From a virus (lineage: Duplodnaviria > Caudoviricetes): a stretch of DNA of 25,966 nt. Location of the stretch: positions 1-25,966 of IMG/VR virus record IMGVR_UViG_3300034082_000535. The stretch is one strand, 5' to 3'. Under the pieces are notes generated by a model. That model was not told the DNA's origin, searched no databases, and was given only the letters and a program-made list of their open reading frames with translations. A program made the translations under genes and the position numbers. This document shows, piece after piece, positions 15,725-25,966 of this stretch (positions are counted from its first letter, which is position 1; each line of letters starts with the position of its first letter).

Positions 15725-18700
15725 TCAACCTGCTGGTAAAGCAATGATTCGCAAATCTTTGACTGACGGAACAACAGCTGGATCTGAAGAAATCATCACA
15801 ATCTTAATTGCAAATGTTTTGAATGTATTGTACGTCACACCATTATCAGATGTGTATGTTGCCGAATCTAATGTTAAAGAAGGTCTGAATTCAAATTCAA
15901 AGAAATCGGATTCATTTACAGAAACGCTTGTTGTTGGATTAAAACATTCCATTTTCTGATAACGTCTATCTCCAAATGGTGTTGAATCTGATGAAGATAA
16001 CAATTTGTAGAATACTATAACATCTGTGCCTGATGGTTTATTAACTGCCATATAGACACGCAAATCACCTGCGTCAAAACCATCAGCAAGAACAACTGGT
16101 TTAGTAATGTATTTGGCCAAACAAGGACCAACAGAACTGTCATATTCAGAATTTAATACAATCGTTGCGTTTGAGGTAACGTTTGCAGTAGTGTTTGCAT
16201 TTGGAAAAGAAATTGTAAAATCATCTAAGTAACCAAAACCAGATGAAGAAACATTTATTGAAAGAACGTTACCTTTTACACCATCACATGACATGAACAC
16301 TGTTGCACCTTCACCTGTCGATGAATTAATAACAATAGTATTTGAATTTGCATAGCCTGCACCAGGACTAATAATATTGAAGTCTTCACTATCAATCTCT
16401 GCATTATCAATAAAGTTTTCAAAAACGTTTAAGTGCAAACTTTCTAATGATACGATTGGAGAAATAGTATCTGTACTTGTCGAGATTTGGTACTTAACTG
16501 TAAAGTCACCTTTATCTACCAATTCTTTTCTTCTAGAACCAAGTGCGTATTTATTATCTAAACCACAATCATATTTAATTTGTGGAATTAAACTTCTATA
16601 TTGAGTCTCTTTGGCACCATCAACTGGTGTTGAAACAAAATAATAATTAGACGCAACAGGAAAATCTGAGGTTGGTTTAATTGAAGTTTCCAACAATCTA
16701 AACTTGTCAACATAGTATGTTTTAGGTGGCTTCTCTGATTCTAAACTAAAATACGCAGATGTACCTGTTGTAAACTTACAACGATTCAATGTGAACATCA
16801 AATCTTCATTTAAGAATGGAACATATTCCATTGAGTTTTGTGATTTATACAAAGTACCAACGTATGGGTTTGTAGACACAGTTTTATTTGTTGTTGTCAA
16901 TGCACCCTTTTCAGCGACCCACATTAAATAATCTGGACTATTAGACAAAATAACCACCGCATACAAACCTGGACTCAAAAACACAGGTGATGGGAATGTA
17001 AACTTAGTAGCTGTTGAAGTAACATCAACACTCGGTGAAGAAGAAACATTTACCTCTTCTGGTTTTTTTGTTGTTACAGATTCTTGATACCAAAAATTTG
17101 AAGATGGTGCGCCATTAACAGTTGGTCTAATTTGAACAGTAACTGGCAAAGTATCATCTTTAGCACTGAAGAATAAATCAATGCTTTCAGCAAACAAACC
17201 TAGTGGATATTTTTCAGGATCAACATAGAATGTTTGAGCCAATGGATCCTCATATGGTACTGAAACAACATTAGTAACAACTGCTTGGTCAACAACGGCA
17301 GCTGGAGTTTTGCTTTCTGCGGCCGGCGGTGGGTTATAACCAGTACTTGTTAGAACTGATGATGTGGTAGAACTTGAAAGAACTTTAGACGTTGTTTCAC
17401 CTGTAAATTTAGTAGAAACTCCAAAATTATAAACAGTATTAAGAAGATTTGTTTTCTTAAGAGCAATACCAGAAGATACAAAAGAAGTTTCAGTGAATGA
17501 AATAGCATCTTTATCGTATGTGTTATTGAAAGATTCGGTAATACGCAATACACGTTCACCTGTTCTAAATGTCGCTTTAGGTGGATATAAAACACCACCA
17601 ACATCACCAGTTGAAGTGGATTTATTTGAACCTAAAGAGTAAGACCAACTCAAACTTCTTTGTGTTGATGATGTTGTTTGTTGCACAGTTGCAACTTTTG
17701 TTGATGTATTATAAGCAATAACATTAAATATTGCACCAGAAATAGTTGCACCTGAAGCGGCACTCTCAACAGTGCCTTGTTGTTCTTCAGCAGTAGTACC
17801 AATTGATCTTACAAGGTACAACACATTAGTATTGGCCGAAGCAGCAATATTAAAAGATGGTGCATCTGCAGCTAAAGTAATAGTTGTAGCACCAACGGCA
17901 CGTGTTACTCCAGACTTGTGTTCTTCTAGAGTTTCGATATATCGTATCGATTCGGAGTTAACACCCTTGATATATTTACCTTGTAGTGAAACGCCTGTTT
18001 CATTAATTAAAGATACATTTCTTCCGGTGTCAGCATTGATAATTCTAACAAGTTTATAAGTTCCAGAACGAGCTTTATAATTTGTCAAATATGTTGCAGC
18101 TTCATTTTGGTCATCAGCAATAACTGCAAGCTCACCTGGTTGGAATCCATTTGTAGCAAGACCAATAGTTGTTTTAATTCTATTTGGAACAACAACATAA
18201 TTATTTACAGACACACCATCAAAGAAAGCAAAATATATTGTGTCTGGTCGTAATGAATCACCAACAAAAGAAATTGCTCTTGGTTTTAAATATGGATTGA
18301 TTGAAACATCAGTTACATAATTGCCAAGGTCAACAAGACTTGTGGTTGGAGCAGCAAGAAGTTGTTGTGTGTATTGAGCACCTTTTTTGATGTATACACT
18401 ATTTGTTGTAGTCTGTAATGTTCCAAAATCAGCATCTTTCAAATCATAACCAGAACCACTACTTGTTACTTTTACTGAAGTTGAATCTGAAGTTGTTTCG
18501 TACCATTTTGAATCAATAACTTTACCGAATGGATTATTCTTATCATTATCCCAAGCTGGATTCTGGTCTGAAATATATCTAAATGAATTATTTAAAAAGT
18601 TAAATGCGTTTTCAATACCTTGCGTTGAATTCAGTGTAGTTTTAGCTGTTGTTTCCGTATCAGCTTCTGCTGTATACTCAGGATACAATTTCATATTTCC

Positions 18701-21700
18701 TCTAAATGCACCATACAGAGCACTGGCCACACCTACAGTCTTCGTTGCAGAATCTTGTTGAGCAAATGCCAATGATGTAAAATCCATCATCAAAGATTTT
18801 TTGTCACCAGAACCAACAGCACGATATGAACCAGACGAAGCAGCTGGATTCCAAATCATCTTAACTGTACGCATCAACGAAGCCGGTTTTAATAAACCAT
18901 TATCAACCATACATCGATTATCAAAACCAGCATCGCCATATGTTGCTTGTACAGAATTATCAGAGAAGTTATCAACTAAAATACCATATTTGGATCGTTC
19001 TAATCCTGTAGCATCCAATACTTTGGAATCATTTGCATTTCTTTCTAAAGTATTTAACGACACATAGTATTCTAACCCTCTAATTCTAGAATCAAAAGCA
19101 CTAATGTCTTTCATTGTGTAACGTTTGTTATTCTTAAAGTCAGCACGAATGTCTTTAACACTTTCAGTATATGCAGGCACAAACATTGTGTAGAGATGTA
19201 AATCTTCTGGACCAACTGGTGGTGCAATAGGCGTAACATCAGGTTTACCACTAATGATTGAAAGTTCTTGTGAAGGTTTGACAACAATCTGGTCAATTCT
19301 TGGCAAATAATATTCAAAAGACAATTCAGCCAAAGAATCTGGGTCAGGATTAACTGCACCTGTTAATACGGTGCTTGCAACATCTCTAGTTGGTCTAAAG
19401 TCTAAAGCTGCACGTGATGAAATAATTTTACCATCTTCACGGTTGAAGAATCTTGGTAATTGATTATATGTTAAATTAGTTGAGCCGGTATAGGAATCAA
19501 CAGTAAATAAACCATTATTTTGTGGAGATGGTGCACCGGCGTGATTGAAATATTTGTACTGAATCATCAATGATGAACCAGTTGGTGAACTATAACCACG
19601 TTTCAATTTAATTGTTGCATGGTCATAATGTGTTTTTCTATGGCCATTGTCCAACTCATAGTGGTCAGTTACATCGTGTGCTGGATTAGTCAACATTGAC
19701 ATTGTAATATTGCCGGTATTTGTTTTTGAATCAACAATCCTAACAATTTCATAAACGTCAGATACTTGTAAACTAACTGGAACACCAGGAGTTTTAAGAT
19801 TGTTTAGTGGAAAAGAACCACCAATAGTCGAAAAATCATAGTGTGTAACACCAATACTTGGAAAAACATAGCCTCCAGTAATAGCGGTAACCGTGCCTGT
19901 ATTGCCAACGTTTAAAGCGTCTACATCGTCCAATATATATGGAACTCTTTCGTGCAAATAATCATTTGTTGGAAATAAAGATTTTGTTCTGACTGCACCG
20001 TTTGTACCATCTTCTGCATTATTAACTTTTGTTTTGATAATAAAATCACAACGAATTGCAGCGGTGTTCAAATCAACTTGAATTGTTGTACTATTAACAG
20101 CAGTAACCGTAAATAAGTTATTAGCCAATGATAAAATGGTGTTTGCAGCAATACCTGATGCCGAATTTGTTGAAGAAGTGTCAGAACGAACCAAACAAAC
20201 AATGTTTTCAAGAATAGCAGTATCACCTAAAACGCCGCCTGATCCAGCAAAAGCAAACGTATCTGTACCAACAGTGGAAATTGTAATTACACCGCCGCCG
20301 TCCGATAACTTGTTTGCATAAACTTTATTCGCAAAGAAATCAAAGTTTGTGATTGTTCCTTCTTTTAAAGCTTCAAAAGGAATTGCAAACAACAAACTAT
20401 CTTTATTCTTTTCTGTAATATAAGCATCACCTGAAGAATCTCTTGATTCAACATTAATATCACCACCCCAAAGCAATGCACCACCAGAACGAACCACTAG
20501 CGATTCTGCACCAGAGAAACCGGATTCAATCGTAAATGCATTTGAAGAAGGAGTAAATGTTAAGCTAGAATCTAATCTAATAAAATTTGAACCAGAAGAT
20601 TCAATTCTAATTGGTGCCAAATCGGCGCCAGCGCCATCAGTGATGTGAAAATACATTCCTTGATATGAGTTTGCCTGTAATGTTGTACACCATGCGGCAG
20701 GCAATATAACGTTTGCGGATGCGTTACCAGAAGAAGCAAGGTTACCAATGATTGGTGTTGTGTTAGCTTCAAAAACATTCAATCTATGTGTATGTGATGA
20801 ACCTAATGTTGTTGTGGTTGCACCATTATACTTCATGTTATTGACACGAATCGTACCAATTTTTGTGGAATTGTAATATGCTGTGCCTTGTTTATCAATA
20901 TATTGTTTAGGTACACAGTGAATATCTAATGTTGGGAATGTAGTAATATCAAGGTTTGTTGTACCTTGAACATTTTCAACAACAACATAACTTGAGTAAT
21001 TTGTAGGAATGTCATAATCTGAAACATTAGCTGTTGCACGACCACGATAGACACCAATCTTAGTTGGTGCAATTGTTTGGAATTCATGTCCAGCAACATA
21101 TGCTTTACCTGGATCTAAAATTACACTGAAGTAATCTGGATCAGCATAGTTGTTGTTAGCACGATTTGCATATTCTTCTTCTAATGTTAATACGAATGGA
21201 TCAACTGTGTAGTTGCCAGATTCATCAAAAGTTCTTCTGGCCAAAGTCTTTTCAATTTCACTGTAAATTGGATAAGCAACTTCTTTAGTTTTAACACCGT
21301 CAACGACACGTATAACTTCAAAGAACGCAGATTCGTCTGCTGAATCTAGTGTGCGTTTTGATAGTCGGGTGATAAGTTTTGAACGTGTGGCACCAGGTGC
21401 TTGATAGTTAAATGAACCTTGAGCAGGATCTAACAATGAAGCATCATCAATCTCATCATAAATTTCTTGGTCAAATTCAATACCAATTTTATATGATGGC
21501 AATACGTTAATTGTTGCTGTGTCATAACCTAAGCGATAGAATGTCTCAAGTACCAAAAATTCAGGTAATACTTTTACAAATTGACCTTTAAAGTAATATA
21601 CACCTTCTTGTATGCTGGCAACATAAGAACGACCAACAGCATTTGTTGCTAAAGCTTGTGCAAAAATGTTCTGACCAGAAATTTTCATTTCGTCAGATTC

Positions 21701-22096
21701 AACAAATTTTTCACCACTCAGGTACTTAACAATCAAAATAGGATTCGTTGTCGTATTATCAATTGAAATAACCTTAGCCCGAACAATTTTAGTTGTGTTG
21801 TAACCAATGATTGTTTTGTTTAACCAATTTTCCAATACAACATCTTCACCACTGTATTGTGTGTTTAATTGAATGTAATATGCTCGGTCATCAAGTGAGA
21901 TTTTACCACCAACGATTGGACTACCACTCTTAAAAATGTGATTGCCAAACTTTTCAATTTGGTTTGCGAGGATGGTTTGTGCTTGAGTTAATTCTCTGGC
22001 TTGAACTGCATATCCAGGTCGGAATAAGACACGCATGAAGTTCTTGTCTTCATCGAAGTCGTCAAAATATGGGTCGTAGTTGAAAAGAGTTGTCAT
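15725..22096 (-). CDS. 2123-aa VrlC-like/DUF4815 virion structural (baseplate-associated) protein
   Basis: Signature motifs PYFDDFDEDKNFMRVLFRPGYAVQARELTQAQTILANQIEKFGNHIFK, APGA, LARRTFDESGNYTVDPF, PGKAYVAG, RYTMKDI...LEYYVSL, GILVDNF, DPLAQTF and C-terminal PSVKDLRIIAL. GAGGA Shine-Dalgarno; directly downstream of gp8. Confidence 0.88.
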   Translation of the reverse strand: MTTLFNYDPYFDDFDEDKNFMRVLFRPGYAVQARELTQAQTILANQIEKFGNHIFKSGSPIVGGKISLDDRAYYIQLNTQYSGEDVVLENWLNKTIIGYNTTKIVRAKVISIDNTTTNPILIVKYLSGEKFVESDEMKISGQNIFAQALATNAVGRSYVASIQEGVYYFKGQFVKVLPEFLVLETFYRLGYDTATINVLPSYKIGIEFDQEIYDEIDDASLLDPAQGSFNYQAPGATRSKLITRLSKRTLDSADESAFFEVIRVVDGVKTKEVAYPIYSEIEKTLARRTFDESGNYTVDPFVLTLEEEYANRANNNYADPDYFSVILDPGKAYVAGHEFQTIAPTKIGVYRGRATANVSDYDIPTNYSSYVVVENVQGTTNLDITTFPTLDIHCVPKQYIDKQGTAYYNSTKIGTIRVNNMKYNGATTTTLGSSHTHRLNVFEANTTPIIGNLASSGNASANVILPAAWCTTLQANSYQGMYFHITDGAGADLAPIRIESSGSNFIRLDSSLTFTPSSNAFTIESGFSGAESLVVRSGGALLWGGDINVESRDSSGDAYITEKNKDSLLFAIPFEALKEGTITNFDFFANKVYANKLSDGGGVITISTVGTDTFAFAGSGGVLGDTAILENIVCLVRSDTSSTNSASGIAANTILSLANNLFTVTAVNSTTIQVDLNTAAIRCDFIIKTKVNNAEDGTNGAVRTKSLFPTNDYLHERVPYILDDVDALNVGNTGTVTAITGGYVFPSIGVTHYDFSTIGGSFPLNNLKTPGVPVSLQVSDVYEIVRIVDSKTNTGNITMSMLTNPAHDVTDHYELDNGHRKTHYDHATIKLKRGYSSPTGSSLMIQYKYFNHAGAPSPQNNGLFTVDSYTGSTNLTYNQLPRFFNREDGKIISSRAALDFRPTRDVASTVLTGAVNPDPDSLAELSFEYYLPRIDQIVVKPSQELSIISGKPDVTPIAPPVGPEDLHLYTMFVPAYTESVKDIRADFKNNKRYTMKDISAFDSRIRGLEYYVSLNTLERNANDSKVLDATGLERSKYGILVDNFSDNSVQATYGDAGFDNRCMVDNGLLKPASLMRTVKMIWNPAASSGSYRAVGSGDKKSLMMDFTSLAFAQQDSATKTVGVASALYGAFRGNMKLYPEYTAEADTETTAKTTLNSTQGIENAFNFLNNSFRYISDQNPAWDNDKNNPFGKVIDSKWYETTSDSTSVKVTSSGSGYDLKDADFGTLQTTTNSVYIKKGAQYTQQLLAAPTTSLVDLGNYVTDVSINPYLKPRAISFVGDSLRPDTIYFAFFDGVSVNNYVVVPNRIKTTIGLATNGFQPGELAVIADDQNEAATYLTNYKARSGTYKLVRIINADTGRNVSLINETGVSLQGKYIKGVNSESIRYIETLEEHKSGVTRAVGATTITLAADAPSFNIAASANTNVLYLVRSIGTTAEEQQGTVESAASGATISGAIFNVIAYNTSTKVATVQQTTSSTQRSLSWSYSLGSNKSTSTGDVGGVLYPPKATFRTGERVLRITESFNNTYDKDAISFTETSFVSSGIALKKTNLLNTVYNFGVSTKFTGETTSKVLSSSTTSSVLTSTGYNPPPAAESKTPAAVVDQAVVTNVVSVPYEDPLAQTFYVDPEKYPLGLFAESIDLFFSAKDDTLPVTVQIRPTVNGAPSSNFWYQESVTTKKPEEVNVSSSPSVDVTSTATKFTFPSPVFLSPGLYAVVILSNSPDYLMWVAEKGALTTTNKTVSTNPYVGTLYKSQNSMEYVPFLNEDLMFTLNRCKFTTGTSAYFSLESEKPPKTYYVDKFRLLETSIKPTSDFPVASNYYFVSTPVDGAKETQYRSLIPQIKYDCGLDNKYALGSRRKELVDKGDFTVKYQISTSTDTISPIVSLESLHLNVFENFIDNAEIDSEDFNIISPGAGYANSNTIVINSSTGEGATVFMSCDGVKGNVLSINVSSSGFGYLDDFTISFPNANTTANVTSNATIVLNSEYDSSVGPCLAKYITKPVVLADGFDAGDLRVYMAVNKPSGTDVIVFYKLLSSSDSTPFGDRRYQKMECFNPTTSVSVNESDFFEFEFRPSLTLDSATYTSDNGVTYNTFKTFAIKIVMISSDPAVVPSVKDLRIIALPAG

Positions 22097-22106
22097 GTAT
22101 TCCTCG

Positions 22107-23435
22107 TTAGAAACTCAATATAAATTTAATTCGGTCCGTTTGGTCAGGATCCCTAGTCAAAGGTTGCTGATTAATAATCATTAGTGTTTTACCAGAATAT
22201 AAATTTAATTCCGGGTCTGTTTTTGAAACACCAACTCGAATCGCACCACTTAAGTTACCTTTGATGGTTGCGTTTGATTGAAATGTTCCTAATATATTAT
22301 TTAAGAATAAGTTATTTGTAAGTTCATCAAACGAAATAACTTGTGCTGAAAATGTTGCGGTCTCTATTGAATCACCTTGATAAACATACTCATCGTTGTT
22401 AAAATCACCAATACCTGGAGAAACGTTAATCTTTGTGTATATGTTATATAGTTGACCAGAAGCCAAGGTTGATGTTCCAAAAACGTATGGATTTTTAATC
22501 AATGAAATTTGCCTAAATTCATTTTCTGCTGGAAAATCACCAGACTCATTACCGGCAAAATCAACATTTAACATAATTGTGTTGGCCGAAAGCTCTTCTA
22601 TTGGATCGTAACCATGACCATTCTGTGGTGCAAGTGAAATTATAGCAGCTGCATTAGACCCATTGCCGCCAGAAATGTCTGTAAATATCACATTGGCTTT
22701 TGTATAATTTAAACCACGACTCTGAACAATTACGTTTTGAATACGTCCATTGGACACGTTAGCTTTTAATACTGCACCAGTACCATCACCATTAATTGAT
22801 ATAATTGATTGTGTTGAACCATCAACATAATTATTACCAGTATTCGTAACTTTTACAATGTCGATGCTACGATTCAAAGCAGCAGCACGGACAAACTTAT
22901 TGTAAGTAACTGGCATCCAATCGGAAGTTAAAAATCTTTCCTTTTGGGAAGAGTTTAAAGTGTACATATATTTCCACTTAAAACCATCAGTAGTCTGAAA
23001 ATATGGTTCCTCTAATGATGTAGACGATAGAAATAGTTGTGGCTCATCAGTAGAATTTGCGCCGCCATTATTATCCAAACACTTAAAAACTTGATCTTTA
23101 CTATTTAAAACATAGTAGTTTGCGTTGCCTGAATCATATGTATAATAACTAGTATTTGAAGTCCAGTTTCTTCTCGGAACAACATAAGAAATATCATTCA
23201 ATGACATTCTTTTCGCAACAATAGCATTATCCCAACATTGTACAAGTGATGGTATACTTCCTGTTGGTGTTGGAACAACTTCTGTTCCTGAGGTCCATGG
23301 AATTTGTTTACCAAGTATTGCAAAAATATAAGCCTTCTTAGATTGCGGCAAATAATCGTTTGCACCAATATCAAATAGAAAGGTGAAATCTTGAGCTAAC
23401 TCGGTTGAAAAGTTTTTAGTAATTATTGAAGGCAT
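22107..23435 (-). CDS. gp8: Baseplate wedge subunit gp8 (T4-like)
   Basis: gp8 motifs GKQIPW, WDNAIVAKR, VVPRRNW, YYVLNSKDQVFKCLDN, STDEP, DGFKWKYMYTL, FLTSDWMPV, FRQISLIKNP and C-terminal QTDRIKFILSF. Confidence 0.92.
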   Translation of the reverse strand: MPSIITKNFSTELAQDFTFLFDIGANDYLPQSKKAYIFAILGKQIPWTSGTEVVPTPTGSIPSLVQCWDNAIVAKRMSLNDISYVVPRRNWTSNTSYYTYDSGNANYYVLNSKDQVFKCLDNNGGANSTDEPQLFLSSTSLEEPYFQTTDGFKWKYMYTLNSSQKERFLTSDWMPVTYNKFVRAAALNRSIDIVKVTNTGNNYVDGSTQSIISINGDGTGAVLKANVSNGRIQNVIVQSRGLNYTKANVIFTDISGGNGSNAAAIISLAPQNGHGYDPIEELSANTIMLNVDFAGNESGDFPAENEFRQISLIKNPYVFGTSTLASGQLYNIYTKINVSPGIGDFNNDEYVYQGDSIETATFSAQVISFDELTNNLFLNNILGTFQSNATIKGNLSGAIRVGVSKTDPELNLYSGKTLMIINQQPLTRDPDQTDRIKFILSF

Positions 23436-23440
23436 GTCTT

Positions 23441-23448
23441 TATTTATT
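23441..23448 (-). promoter_or_regulatory. T4-like late promoter (AATAAATA) overlapping the gp7 stop codon
   Basis: Minus strand reads GAATAAATAAAGACATG: NATAAATA immediately upstream of the gp8 ATG, with no clear Shine-Dalgarno. Confidence 0.6.
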
Positions 23449-25966
23449 CAAGTTTTTGGTGATATGTTACCACAAAGGTCGAATTTGTTGTAAAATTAGT
23501 ACTAACTAAAATGGTGTTGGCATTAACAAAAGTAACTTGTTTTGTGTCATTGAACAACAAACTGATATTTGCTGTATTGTTAGAAATACCAAAATTTGTA
23601 TACGTATAGATTGTGTTTGCGTTTATGACTTCAGTTACAGTTGATGTATTACCTGTTGATAATTTAATAACATCATTAGCCTGCACATCATTGATAAAGT
23701 TTGTTGATGTGCCGACAATAACATTAGAAGACGCACCAATATTGACAGTACCACTAATTCTGCGTTCAACAGATGTTAATGTAACGTAATCACCAACAGA
23801 AATAATAGATAATAGGTTTGACGATGCACCTGTAGCAACCATGCTGTTCGAACCATTCGAAATATTGAATGTATTGCCTAAAGTTTGTACTGAAATTAAT
23901 ATTGTTGTATTGTTTGGTCTGGCCGCAGATGCTTCATTGGCACTAATCCTATTAACAAAAGTTTTTGTTCCAACAGGATGCACAACATCATTCAAAGCCT
24001 TTTTAAACTTAACATAATCATTTTCTGTATTAATAACATATGAAAAATTATGATACTTTTTGGAATCTTGTAATTTCTTGTCTGCACTTAATTGACCGTC
24101 TTCATTTAAGTAAATGCCAGGATAACGAATCAAACCATTCTCAAAACCAGCCGTAGCTTTAGCTTTGCCGTCTCCATAGTATGATATTGTAACAACATTT
24201 GCGGATACCGTATTGTCATTTGATATAATTTGTGTAGCAACATTAAATGTACCACTATAATTATAAATTCTCATGTGGTTATTTGTTGAAACATATCTGT
24301 CAACATATGCAACAAATGTTGTGTTTGTATTTGATGTGCCTTGATAAATTTTAGTGTTAGCAACAAAAATTTGACCTTCAGTTACATTTGATACAATTAA
24401 ATCAGCATTACGTAATGAAATTTGTGGTGAAGCGATGTAATCATAACCATAACTGATAACACGCAATGATGAAATTGATCCAATTCTAGTTGTTGACAAT
24501 TCAAGTTCTTCACCATCACCAAGAATCTCTTTGGCAATTAATGAAGCTCCTGTTCCACTGATTGTGTTGATTGTAATTAATGGTAAATGTGCAGCATCAT
24601 AACCTTCACCACCACGAATATTTTCTGGTGCGTAACTGATTGTTAAGTTTGCTCTGAAGCCTGAACCTGAACCAGTATTTGATGTGAAAGGATTTAATGT
24701 TGTCGTTGGACTTGTGATGTATTTACCAGAATTCGAAACGTTAACTGAAGTAACATTACCACTACCATTAACAGCCAGCACAGTCAACACAGCAGAAGTT
24801 CCAGTTCCACCAGTTGCAGTGAATGTATTACCAACACCGTATCCTGTTCCTGCGGTAGAAATTGTTACACCAGTCAGTGCGCCAACACTTTTCTCATTAA
24901 ACTCCACAACTTTAACACCATTGTTTGCGGCGTGTACTTCAGTGATTTGAGCATTAGCACCAAGACCACGCCCACCAGTAGATGTGAATATCAAATATTC
25001 ACCTACGTTATAATTCTGGCCACCATTGAGAACCTCAATACGTCCTAGAGAACCTAAAGCATCAAGATTCTTTCTCAATAGTTTGTATACCATCAAGTTG
25101 TCAATGTTGTTTTCAAATGGAATATCTAATGTAATAGTTTCACTGGTGACTTCGGTAACTGTTCTAATTTCTTCAAATCGATTCTTTAAAAACAACTTGA
25201 CTTTTTCACCAACTTCAAATGTATCTGTTAAATCTTGTGAAGAATCTCTTAGTATGCGACTACCTTTAACGGCAGTACAAGATGTAATTACTAATAAATC
25301 ATCACTATCTTCCAAATACATACTGTAAATATCTACCTCTGGTTTTTGTCGGTATCCACCACCTTGAGATTCAATGTCAACATATGCAATACTGTAAAGA
25401 CCTAAATCTTGGTAAGTTGTGACTTGGCCAATTGTTTTTGTGTTTGAGGTGTTGTCCCACTGATTAATTGATTGTGAATATACAGTTTCAATTGTAACAT
25501 CAGAAACATTAACATTTCGTGTATAGTTTTCATCAAGTAGAGAAATGAAAGCTTTGGCTTCTGAGCCTAAAAGTCCTCCAGCAAAACCACCTTTAAAGTC
25601 AATGATTGATGAGTTTGGTGCAATTGAATTGTATCTGAAACCAAAACCACCATTTCTAGTAATAATGTTTTTAACAGAACCTCTTAGAACAGTACCAACT
25701 GTTGCCAAGGCACCAACTGGATTGGCAGATTGTGGATTTAAACCACCAACAATCGTAACAGGATCACCATCATAACCTAATTCTGGATCATATCCATTGT
25801 AATACAAACCACGATTTATTGGATCAATTTTAATTTCAGATAGTGAACCAATTAATGTTGCACTAACTTGAATCTGTGTATTACCGGTAACGTGTGTTGT
25901 AACCGTTTCACCAGTACTGAACAACTTTGTAATATTTGAAATATACAATTCAACATATTCAATACC
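23444..25966 (-). CDS. gp7: Baseplate wedge initiator, gp7-like (5' end outside the window)
   Basis: The frame stays open to the right edge (GIEYVELYISN...), so the TTG at 25948 is not the true start. Repeated I-x2-I-x4-GG-x-GY units and the motif GQLSADKKLQDSKKYHNFSYVI...VVHPVGTKTF of cyanophage-type gp7; directly upstream of gp8. Confidence 0.8.
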   Translation of the reverse strand, partial: GIEYVELYISNITKLFSTGETVTTHVTGNTQIQVSATLIGSLSEIKIDPINRGLYYNGYDPELGYDGDPVTIVGGLNPQSANPVGALATVGTVLRGSVKNIITRNGGFGFRYNSIAPNSSIIDFKGGFAGGLLGSEAKAFISLLDENYTRNVNVSDVTIETVYSQSINQWDNTSNTKTIGQVTTYQDLGLYSIAYVDIESQGGGYRQKPEVDIYSMYLEDSDDLLVITSCTAVKGSRILRDSSQDLTDTFEVGEKVKLFLKNRFEEIRTVTEVTSETITLDIPFENNIDNLMVYKLLRKNLDALGSLGRIEVLNGGQNYNVGEYLIFTSTGGRGLGANAQITEVHAANNGVKVVEFNEKSVGALTGVTISTAGTGYGVGNTFTATGGTGTSAVLTVLAVNGSGNVTSVNVSNSGKYITSPTTTLNPFTSNTGSGSGFRANLTISYAPENIRGGEGYDAAHLPLITINTISGTGASLIAKEILGDGEELELSTTRIGSISSLRVISYGYDYIASPQISLRNADLIVSNVTEGQIFVANTKIYQGTSNTNTTFVAYVDRYVSTNNHMRIYNYSGTFNVATQIISNDNTVSANVVTISYYGDGKAKATAGFENGLIRYPGIYLNEDGQLSADKKLQDSKKYHNFSYVINTENDYVKFKKALNDVVHPVGTKTFVNRISANEASAARPNNTTILISVQTLGNTFNISNGSNSMVATGASSNLLSIISVGDYVTLTSVERRISGTVNIGASSNVIVGTSTNFINDVQANDVIKLSTGNTSTVTEVINANTIYTYTNFGISNNTANISLLFNDTKQVTFVNANTILVSTNFTTNSTFVVTYHQKLE

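Noticed and set aside
15722-15727. Possible stop-codon reassignment (no TAG stops; the only TGA stop is followed by TAA)
   Set aside because: No long gene needs TGA or TAG read-through. TAA preference is expected in AT-rich genomes, so there is no positive evidence.
15721-15774. 5' extension of the small ORF to 15774 as given in the track
   Set aside because: It overlaps the conserved C-terminus of the VrlC-like gene. The ATG at 15720, right after the stops, gives the family-like start MQVKVEG.
16548-16555. AATAAATA inside the VrlC-like gene
   Set aside because: It is over 800 nt from the next start codon and likely a chance match in AT-rich coding DNA.
490-20778. Short alternative-frame minus-strand ORFs rich in Met/Leu/Gln/Pro (for example 1213-1500, 4861-5178, 7918-8199)
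   Set aside because: They are frame-shifted readings of the repetitive Ala/Asn/Tyr codons, nested wholly within real genes.
21-25775. Plus-strand ORFs in the track (for example 21-206, 5154-5465, 9183-9545, 14081-14725, 25026-25328)
   Set aside because: They are antisense shadows of long, codon-biased minus-strand genes, with no recognisable motifs or independent expression signals.

Overview
All credible genes are on the minus strand. The window is part of the virion morphogenesis (late) operon of an AT-rich T4-like myophage with cyanophage/pelagiphage-type gene order. In transcription order (right to left): a 5'-truncated gp7-like baseplate wedge protein; gp8 baseplate wedge; a 2123-aa VrlC/DUF4815-type structural protein; a small coiled-coil protein; a 1079-aa fibre with a C-terminal peptidase S74 chaperone; two small fibre-associated proteins; a 2306-aa fibre; a 108-aa beta-rich protein; and a second giant fibre (>=1459 aa, starting at 4378, running off the left edge) that the ORF track omits. 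The two giant fibres are built from a small set of Ala/Asn heptads interrupted by repeated ~90-aa beta modules, with near-identical DNA shared between genes. The omitted fibre contains a cupredoxin-like domain with a complete His/Cys/His/Met type-1 copper ligand set. T4-type late promoters ((T/N)ATAAATA) precede several genes. Family assignments come from motif recognition, not database searches.
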